From a virus (Duplodnaviria > Caudoviricetes), in IMG/VR virus record IMGVR_UViG_3300025247_000003, positions 1 through 54,854 of that record: a stretch of 54,854 nt of DNA. One strand, 5' to 3'. The translations under genes were made by a program, and so were the position numbers. The stretch's first letter is position 1. The number at the start of each line of letters is the position of its first letter. Under the pieces are notes generated by a model. That model was not told the origin of the DNA. It searched no databases and was given only the letters and a program-made list of their open reading frames with translations. Positions 18,362-25,401 of the stretch are shown one piece after another.

Positions 18362-18958
18362 ATGTCAGAAAAGAAAATCATCACACGTAAAGAGGCTAAA
18401 GAGCTTGGGCTTAAGAGATACTTTACAGGTAACCCGTGTAAGTTAGGACATATTGAGGAAAGAAAGACATCTAACGGAACGTGCGTTTCGTGTGATAGGG
18501 AAAGAAAAAGAAGGTACAACGCAGAAAATAGAGAAAAAATTAAATGCTACATGATGGAGTACTCAGTAAAAAATAGATCGTCCATTGCAAAGAAGCGTAG
18601 GATATATTACGAAGAAAACTTCCATATTATAGCTGAGCGTAATAGGAAATACAACGCAGAAAATAGAGAAAAATGCAGAAACAACAGGAGAAACCGCAAA
18701 GCAAGACAGCGCAACGCAGAAGGCCATCACACGGCGGATGATATACTTCTTATACTGGATCAACAAAATAATAAATGTGCTGAACCAACGTGTGCAGTCG
18801 ATCTTGCGGATGGTTACCACGTTGATCACATCATGCCACTTATTCTCGGAGGATCCAATTGGCCTGAAAACATTCAATGTTTATGCCCTACATGTAACTT
18901 GAAAAAGAACAAAAAACACCCAATAGATTGGGCGCAGGAAAATGGCAGGCTGTTTTGA
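18362..18958 (+). CDS. HNH endonuclease
   Basis: N-terminal YFTG.PC..GH...C..C; C-terminal HVDHIMPL..GG.N...N.Q.LC..CN..K; AT-rich. Confidence 0.92.
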   Translation: MSEKKIITRKEAKELGLKRYFTGNPCKLGHIEERKTSNGTCVSCDRERKRRYNAENREKIKCYMMEYSVKNRSSIAKKRRIYYEENFHIIAERNRKYNAENREKCRNNRRNRKARQRNAEGHHTADDILLILDQQNNKCAEPTCAVDLADGYHVDHIMPLILGGSNWPENIQCLCPTCNLKKNKKHPIDWAQENGRLF

Positions 18959-18989
18959 CACATGCGACATTGTTATGGTACGTGAAATT

Positions 18990-19424
18990 ATGGAACAACC
19001 CTTTCTAGACTTCGACGCACAGGATCAAGACTACACGCCATCACAAGAGGATGCGTTGCGAGTTGCCATGAAGCGGCAATGGGACACAGACGTAGACGTT
19101 ATCAGGCAACGCGGCGTAATCCCTGACTGGATGGGCGAGCCTAGCCCGCTTAGTCGTGACAAGGCGCGTCTGCTATCATTGCTGTATGAAGTCGGATATA
19201 TCGCATGGCACAAACACCCCGGCCCGAACAATCGAGACGTGACAAAGCGCATGGGCTTGAATAACACCGGGAACGCAAAGGCTGTCATTGATATGTGTAT
19301 TGACGCTGGCCTAGTTTCGTCGCGTATTTATCGAGGTGAGACGATATTTGAAATGACGATGGAGGGAGAGCATAGCTTGGAAGAATACGAGTTGGAAGTT
19401 GAACTAGGGATTTTGCAGGTATGA
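18990..19424 (+). CDS. Hypothetical protein with possible winged-helix C-terminus
   Basis: AKAVIDMCIDAGLVSSR..GETIFEMT.EG resembles a wHTH; TTGACA at 18955. Confidence 0.6.
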   Translation: MEQPFLDFDAQDQDYTPSQEDALRVAMKRQWDTDVDVIRQRGVIPDWMGEPSPLSRDKARLLSLLYEVGYIAWHKHPGPNNRDVTKRMGLNNTGNAKAVIDMCIDAGLVSSRIYRGETIFEMTMEGEHSLEEYELEVELGILQV

Positions 19425-19473
19425 TGACGCGCGAAGGTGCACGGGATTAACTCGCTGAATGCAGGGAGATAAA

Positions 19474-19857
19474 ATGTCTGATTACGAAGTAGGTGATAAG
19501 AAGCCTCCGAAAGAACACCAATGGCCCGCTGGTGTTAGCGGTAACCCCGGCGGTAAGACTAGTGAGCACCGAAAGGCGGAAATACGAGCGGCTGAACTTG
19601 CTGCCAAGGTGCAGCTTGATCTTGTTGAGGCACTAAGCAACACGCTTGATGCTGCTGAAGGTGATGAGGATAAACTGGCAGCAATCAAGGCTGACGTGTT
19701 GAAGCTGCTGAAGGACGCGCAGGATCGTGGGTATGGATCGCCTAAGTCGTCCATGGACCTGTCTAGCGAGGACGGCAGCATGACGCCTCCTACAACCGTC
19801 CAAATCGTCCCAGTGAGCGCGTCTAAGCCTTCGGCTGGTGGTGAGGGTGCGGAATAA
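19474..19857 (+). CDS. terS: Terminase small subunit
   Basis: VG.KKPP.EHQW..G.SGNPGG (DUF5681-like), DRGYG.P; upstream of terL. Confidence 0.75.
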   Translation: MSDYEVGDKKPPKEHQWPAGVSGNPGGKTSEHRKAEIRAAELAAKVQLDLVEALSNTLDAAEGDEDKLAAIKADVLKLLKDAQDRGYGSPKSSMDLSSEDGSMTPPTTVQIVPVSASKPSAGGEGAE

Positions 19858-19946
19858 GCTAGAGGCGCTGTATGGGGCGTTTTATGGGCGCTACGGACGT
19901 GCAGGCCACTGCCGATGAGTGTGGTCGTAGCGCAATGCGCCATGCC

Positions 19947-19970
19947 GGGGACGAAACGCCCGGTTTTTTT
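19947..19970 (+). terminator. Intrinsic terminator
   Basis: CCGGG...CCCGG followed by T7. Confidence 0.7.
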
Positions 19971-20045
19971 GCGTTGTGGTGTTTTTTTGCTTGCGAGTCA
20001 TATTCGGGTGGAGTAAGGTCATTACATAGACAAGGAGAAACGAAC

Positions 20046-20231
20046 ATGACCCGCCGCACCACTTACAAAATCGAACGCATCATGGACCTCGGCAACGGCC
20101 CGGAAAAATTCGCAATCCTTGAAACCAACGACAAGATCGAGTTTTTCGAAATGCAGGACGAACTGATGACTGAGCGCGGTGTTGATAGCCTTGTTAAGGC
20201 AACAACCAAAACCGCCACCTTCAAATATTGA
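20046..20231 (+). CDS. Hypothetical protein
   Basis: AAGGAG SD; promoter-like TTGCGA-17-TAAGGT. Confidence 0.65.
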   Translation: MTRRTTYKIERIMDLGNGPEKFAILETNDKIEFFEMQDELMTERGVDSLVKATTKTATFKY

Positions 20232-20340
20232 GGGTGGCGGTATGTTGCCAAACTGGAGAAAGCCTAACGAAGTATTTGATTGCGCAAGCTGGTTTTTGTT
20301 CGGATCGACGTGCGCATTAATTGTTTACTACATTACGATG

Positions 20341-20369
20341 ACCCCGCCTAACTAGCGGGGTTTTTCTTT
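20341..20369 (+). terminator. Intrinsic terminator
   Basis: ACCCCGC...GCGGGGT followed by a T-rich tract. Confidence 0.7.
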
Positions 20370-20480
20370 GTGTGGTATGTAGGGATGTGAGCGCGGCGTA
20401 GTGCTACATGCGAAGGGTTTTGCGACACCCGTTCCGCGCTAACTTTGCCACCACACGCGCCTCGTGCTATACCCACACAC

Positions 20481-21728
20481 ATGACAACCGCCCAAGTCCA
20501 CCTACCAGCCCCCCTAGAACCCGTGTTCACGATCCCATATGGCCAGATCGCCTATCGTGGCGCTCATGGTGGACGGGGTAGCGCCAAGACCCGCTCTTTC
20601 GCCAAGATGACTGCCGTGTTCGCGGTCATGTTCGACAGCATGGGTCTAACCGGCTCGATCCTGTGCGGGCGGGAATACATGAACAGCCTTGATGATAGTT
20701 CGATGGCCGAGATCAAGACTGCCATTCAGGAGGAGCCATGGCTTGCCGATCAATTCGACATTGGCGAGAAATACATCCGCACAAAGTCAGGGCGCATCCG
20801 ATATCTGTTCGCTGGCCTAAGGCACAATTTGGATAGCGTGAAGTCCAAGGCGCGTGTCCTTCTGACGTGGATTGACGAGGCAGAGAACGTGTCGGAGGTG
20901 GCATGGCGTAAGCTGACTGCAACAGTCATGCGTGAACCCAACTCCGAGATATGGCTAACATGGAACCCGGAGGAGGAAACCAGCGCCACCAATCAGCGTT
21001 TCCGCGTCAATGCCGATCCCGAGCGTATGGCTATCGTCCAGCTTAACTGGTCGGACAATCCATGGTTTCCTGATGGGCTGAATGAGGAACGACTTGCCGA
21101 TCTTAAATACCGCCCCGACATTTACGGCCACGTATGGGAAGGCGAATACCTGACGCTGACAGAGGCTCAGATTTTCGGCGGTCGCTACAAAGTCGAGGAG
21201 TTTGAACCTGACCAGAAAACATGGGACGGCCCATACTGCGGCGGCGATTTCGGCTACTCGCAGGATCCAACCGCCGCTGTCATGCTTTGGATACATGACG
21301 GGAATTTGTATTGGGAACATGAGGTCTATGGCAAGCGTATTGAATTGGACGACATTGCCGAAAAGACAAAGAACGTGATACCTGGATTTGAAAAATACGT
21401 CAGCCGATGGGATAACTCTCAGCCCGGCATGATTAGCATGTTGCGCAGGACTGGGTTGCCGCGAGCCGTTGGATGTAAGAAGGGCTCCGGCAGTGTCGAG
21501 GATGGCATTCAATTCATGAGGTCATTCAACAAGATTATCATCCACCCTAGATGCGTTAATGTTGCGAAAGAGCATCGCATGTATAAATGGAAGATTGACA
21601 AAAAGAGCGATGATATCCTGCCGGTGCCAGACGACAAGTGCGGTTACGATCACTGCATTGACGCTGGCCGATACGCCTTGGAGCCAATCATGCGATCTGC
21701 CAAATTCAGCTACAAGGGGTGGACATAG
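20481..21728 (+). CDS. terL: Terminase large subunit (PBSX type)
   Basis: GGRGSAKT, WIDEAE, TWNP, GGDFGYSQDP, DHCIDAGRYA motifs. Confidence 0.95.
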   Translation: MTTAQVHLPAPLEPVFTIPYGQIAYRGAHGGRGSAKTRSFAKMTAVFAVMFDSMGLTGSILCGREYMNSLDDSSMAEIKTAIQEEPWLADQFDIGEKYIRTKSGRIRYLFAGLRHNLDSVKSKARVLLTWIDEAENVSEVAWRKLTATVMREPNSEIWLTWNPEEETSATNQRFRVNADPERMAIVQLNWSDNPWFPDGLNEERLADLKYRPDIYGHVWEGEYLTLTEAQIFGGRYKVEEFEPDQKTWDGPYCGGDFGYSQDPTAAVMLWIHDGNLYWEHEVYGKRIELDDIAEKTKNVIPGFEKYVSRWDNSQPGMISMLRRTGLPRAVGCKKGSGSVEDGIQFMRSFNKIIIHPRCVNVAKEHRMYKWKIDKKSDDILPVPDDKCGYDHCIDAGRYALEPIMRSAKFSYKGWT

Positions 21729-21755
21729 GCCGGGCGATTAAACCAGGCCTTGTGG

Positions 21756-22289
21756 CTAGATGCGCTCCATTCGTATACTACCGCAATCCGGCTTGCCGTC
21801 GATCATGTCGAAGGTGATTCGGTGGGTTGGTATGCTTACGTGCTGGTATAGTTGGTCAAATCCAATAGAACTGCCAGACATGCTTAACTTCACCGTCTCC
21901 CGCTTGGGTTCGGGCTTGATGCGGAATTTACAGTCATCCATCCAATTTGGATCGTCAATGTCGGCCCAATATTCTGGTACATCGCCGTCTTGCCAGCATT
22001 GAACGGTTCCACCATTGACCCAATCTAGCAACAGCGCGCCTTTCTACGCGTCGGTCATCTCACCCCATGTTTTAGGTTTAGGGTTGGCGCGGACGATTTG
22101 GCGGAAGGTCCAATCGCACTCTCCGCTCCTTATCCCAGAATCAACTCCATTACACCTAGGGTAATCAAATGTACCGCCAACATAGTATTTATCTCCAATT
22201 GTGAATAAGAACTTAGACCCACGACCCACGCACTCCACCACATCACCCTGCTGCACGTTCAATTCTTTCAGAGTTCCAACTTCCATCAT
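21756..22289 (-). pseudogene. Hypothetical gene interrupted by an in-frame TAG at 22044-22046
   Basis: ORFs 22044-22313 and 21756-22031 share a frame: ...KTWGEMTDA*KGALLLDWV... Confidence 0.6.
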
Positions 22290-22705
22290 TCTTCCTCCTG
22301 CCATGTGTCCCATTGAGGTTCACCGTTCATAAACTCCACACTACCTCTGCGGCGCTCGGGAAATACGATGTTGTGTTCACCGCCGCCTAGGCTTTCCGCA
22401 TATCCAGTCTCAGCGCCCCACACGTAAGCCGTGCAGCCGTCATGCATCATCCACGCTTTACCGTCACGCACAAAGATGCATTCCCATTTACCGCCGTTAC
22501 GTGCGGTGTATGTTTCGCCTACGGTAAGTTTGGTGTCTTCGCCAATCATCTGACGCAGGGTGTCGACGTCTATGGGGGTGCGTCCGTGGTATTGGGCCAA
22601 CCAGTATCCGTGCCCTTGTGGTGCTTCACACCAGTCGAATGCGTTTATAATAGCATCCCGATCACCTTCAATAGCCCGTTTAACTTCGTCTTTGTTGATA
22701 TCCAT
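22286..22705 (-). CDS. Hypothetical protein
   Basis: AGGAGG SD; coupled to the next gene. Confidence 0.75.
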   Translation of the reverse strand: MDINKDEVKRAIEGDRDAIINAFDWCEAPQGHGYWLAQYHGRTPIDVDTLRQMIGEDTKLTVGETYTARNGGKWECIFVRDGKAWMMHDGCTAYVWGAETGYAESLGGGEHNIVFPERRRGSVEFMNGEPQWDTWQEEE

Positions 22706-22714
22706 GCAAGCCTC

Positions 22715-22918
22715 CTATTGCTTAAAAAGTGCGATGTACCATACGTACACGATGAAAGCCGGGATTGCAAGCAAAATCCAGCCGCTAGTGATGTAAGTTG
22801 TGAGGACGATAAGTATGGAGGAAAAAATCATTCCGATTGCTAATGTCGAGAACCATACTGAAAAGCCAACCCACTCAGGTTCTATCCCCATACACCATTC
22901 CATAAATTTATCAGTCAT
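22715..22918 (-). CDS. Small membrane protein (2 TM)
   Basis: AGGAGG SD; hydrophobic segments. Confidence 0.7.
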   Translation of the reverse strand: MTDKFMEWCMGIEPEWVGFSVWFSTLAIGMIFSSILIVLTTYITSGWILLAIPAFIVYVWYIALFKQ

Positions 22919-23009
22919 AAGCAAGCCTCCTAGCTTTCATTTGTGTTATGCAAGCGGTTTAGCTTGCGTCTGACGTACGCGTTTAAAGTATGCGCGCCCC
23001 ACTGTCAAG

Positions 23010-23102
23010 TCATTGCTGAGATTGGTGGTATTCAATCTTGGTGTTTTCTTCACCAGCGGCAAGTCCAAAGCCAAGTACTGCGACAAGAATAACTGCAACC
23101 AT
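23010..23102 (-). CDS. 30-aa hydrophobic peptide
   Basis: MVAVILVAVLGFGLAAGEENTKIEYHQSQQ*; AAGGAGG SD. Confidence 0.6.
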   Translation of the reverse strand: MVAVILVAVLGFGLAAGEENTKIEYHQSQQ

Positions 23103-23219
23103 GATATTTCCTCCTTTGGGTTTCAATGTGCGCGTTTTACGTGACGCGCCCCACGCACTGCATATTCTCCGAGTGAAGCAGCATCACACTCCCTAGGCGC
23201 TACCTAGGCCACTGACACC

Positions 23220-23270
23220 CTTATACACCCCTGATTTGCGCGTGTCAACACCTTTTCGTATCCTTCCCCC
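23220..23270. promoter_or_regulatory. Overlapping divergent promoters
   Basis: Minus TTGACA-17-TATAAG; plus TTGCGC-17-TATCCT, 6 nt before the portal ATG. Confidence 0.7.
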
Positions 23271-24626
23271 ATGTGCGCACAATTCAACGATGGGCTTACC
23301 AGCCTAATGACAGGATTAGGTACGGATCGCAGCAAGCTCTACAGCTTGACATACAACGCGCCTACCGAAAACCTGCAACAATACCGCAACGCCTATCGCA
23401 CGTCACCGCTTGCCAAGCGTATTGTTGAACAACCCGCGAAGGACGCGTTCCGTAAGTGGCGGGACTGGCAAGCCGACCCTAAGCAGATCAGCGCAATTGA
23501 GGCCACGGAAAAGCGGCTTAAAGCCCGTGACATTCTAGAACGCGCACAGATTGAAGCCCGCCTAACCGGCAAGTGTTTTGTGTACATGGCGGTCAAGGGT
23601 GATGAGGATCGCACGGAAGAGCCGCTAAACCCCGAACGCGTCAAGCGCGGCGGTCTGTCTCGTATTGTCATGCTGTCCCGGTCTGAGGTTGCTGACGGTG
23701 AGATTGACATGGACGCCCTATCTTCGACGTATGGCGAGCCAATGTATTACGAGGTTGTATCAACAGGCGAAGGATTGACGCGCATTCACCCGTCCCGCCT
23801 CGTTATCTTCTACGGCAATGAACGCCCGTATGACTTCGCGCTTGGCCGGGAAGCTGATAGCGTCCTAATGTCTCTTCTGTCGCCTATCGCTCGCCATGAG
23901 GCTATTGTTGATATCGTAGCAGATATGATGTTCGAGGCGTGCGTTGACGTTGTGACTGTTCCCGGCCTTGCTGAAATGATGCAAGACCCGGAAGAAGAGG
24001 CCGCGCTAATCAAGCGGTTCGCAACGGCAAAACAGATGAAGGGTAATAACCGCGTTACGCTTCTGAATGGGTCTATTTCAGAGGCACAAAACAGCGAGGA
24101 ATGGCAACAAAAACAAATCTCCTTCGCAACCCTGCCTGACGTTATCAAGGCTGATCAGATAGAGCTTTGCGCTGCAACCGCCATACCCCATGCGCTTCTG
24201 TTCGGCCAATCTAGCGGCGGTCTAGGGTCAACAGGCGACATGGAGTTGTCGTCCTACTATGACCGCATAAACAGTGTTCAGGTGAATGACATTCAGCCCG
24301 CTATATCTGTCCTAGATGAGTGCATTATTCGTGACGCACTAGGAAACCGACCGGATGATATCTGGTATGAGTGGTCCAGCTTGTGGCAGGTTGGAGACAA
24401 GGAAAAATCCGAGATTGGTAGCGCGATTGCAGACAAGTGGCAGAAGCTTGTTAGCGCTGGCGTATTCCCTGCTGACGCTGTTACCGACGCTGTAATAAAT
24501 GACATGACTGAAAGCGGTGTCGGAGGAGGCATTGAGCAGACCTATGCCGATTGGCTGGCTAATGGTGGTATGGAAGACATAGACGAGGAGGGCGAAGAAG
24601 ATGACATCGATCCCGCAACTTCGTAA
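23271..24626 (+). CDS. Portal protein (DUF1073 type)
   Basis: Follows terL; IHPSRLV.F, IP..LLFG.S..GL.STG..EL..YYD.I motifs. Confidence 0.9.
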   Translation: MCAQFNDGLTSLMTGLGTDRSKLYSLTYNAPTENLQQYRNAYRTSPLAKRIVEQPAKDAFRKWRDWQADPKQISAIEATEKRLKARDILERAQIEARLTGKCFVYMAVKGDEDRTEEPLNPERVKRGGLSRIVMLSRSEVADGEIDMDALSSTYGEPMYYEVVSTGEGLTRIHPSRLVIFYGNERPYDFALGREADSVLMSLLSPIARHEAIVDIVADMMFEACVDVVTVPGLAEMMQDPEEEAALIKRFATAKQMKGNNRVTLLNGSISEAQNSEEWQQKQISFATLPDVIKADQIELCAATAIPHALLFGQSSGGLGSTGDMELSSYYDRINSVQVNDIQPAISVLDECIIRDALGNRPDDIWYEWSSLWQVGDKEKSEIGSAIADKWQKLVSAGVFPADAVTDAVINDMTESGVGGGIEQTYADWLANGGMEDIDEEGEEDDIDPATS

Positions 24627-24903
24627 AGATATCCAATCGTTGCAAGCCGAAAACCGCCGTCTACGCGAAGAATTGAAAGCGGAGAAGAATAAACCCGTAC
24701 AGGTGAAAGAGGTTGTTAAAGAAGTGCCCGTTCAGGTCATTAAGACTGTTGAGGTTCCCGGACCAATAAAGGTTGTAAAGGAGCCTGCACCACCGCCTAG
24801 AATAGTTACAAAGATTATAGAAAAGCCAGTTCCAGGGCCTGTTAGGTACGTAGATAATCCTAAGCACGTTGATATGATCCGTAAATTACAAGGGCGTAAG
24901 TAA
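24601..24903 (+). CDS. Coiled-coil plus Val/Pro-rich repeat protein
   Basis: KEVVKEVPVQVIKTVEVPGP; overlaps the portal end. Confidence 0.65.
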   Translation: MTSIPQLRKDIQSLQAENRRLREELKAEKNKPVQVKEVVKEVPVQVIKTVEVPGPIKVVKEPAPPPRIVTKIIEKPVPGPVRYVDNPKHVDMIRKLQGRK

Positions 24904-25031
24904 TGGCTATATTCTTCAGTCAGGGCGGTCCAGTGCTTAGCGCCAATCCATCTATCACCAAGATTTGTCTTGTTGCGGTGTTTCAAACTACAATTCCCCT
25001 AAAAGCAGTTTGGGCGCAATGCAATGACTAA
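24903..25031 (+). CDS. Small hypothetical protein (42 aa)
   Basis: Manual ORF MAIFFSQGGPV...; TAATG coupling. Confidence 0.5.
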   Translation: MAIFFSQGGPVLSANPSITKICLVAVFQTTIPLKAVWAQCND

Positions 25032-25401
25032 TATAAACAATATATATCTCCCGCTGCAAACGATTGCGGTTCCCCAAGACAACGACGCTACTCTTGAATT
25101 TACGTATCAGGATCAGGATGGAAACCTACTTGACCTAACCGGCGTTTCGGAGATTGATTTCGTTGTTTTTACGTCTATCGATGGAACGGCTGAAATTGAG
25201 AAAACATATACGGGTGGGGATATCGTAATATACGGTAATGACTACCAATTCTCGGTTCCTATTACAGACCTTGACACGCAAGGCCTGACAAACCGTCTTT
25301 CATATCATGAATGTCGCGTTACGAATAGCGATGGCGAAAAACGCACGGTTTCCGCTGGAATTTTCCGTTGTGAAAAAACTTATATATGGAGTAACTTGTA
25401 G
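25024..25401 (+). CDS. Virion adaptor-like beta protein (BppU-N-like)
   Basis: D.DG...DLTG pattern, beta-rich; coupled to the fibre gene. Confidence 0.6.
   Translation: MTNINNIYLPLQTIAVPQDNDATLEFTYQDQDGNLLDLTGVSEIDFVVFTSIDGTAEIEKTYTGGDIVIYGNDYQFSVPITDLDTQGLTNRLSYHECRVTNSDGEKRTVSAGIFRCEKTYIWSNL

Noticed and set aside
18515-18675. Direct repeat tacaacgcagaaaatagagaaaaa in the HNH gene
   Set aside because: In-frame YNAENREK helical repeat, not a mobile-element boundary
19912-19962. Hammerhead ribozyme (CCGATGAG...CGAAAC)
   Set aside because: Stem II has only two pairs, and the GAAAC lies in the terminator hairpin
22044-22046. Genome-wide amber recoding
   Set aside because: Other genes end normally in TAG (e.g. 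25401, 43198) and no suppressor tRNA was seen
23271-24626. Anti-CBASS Acb1 label sometimes attached to DUF1073 proteins
   Set aside because: Size, motifs and position after terL indicate a portal protein
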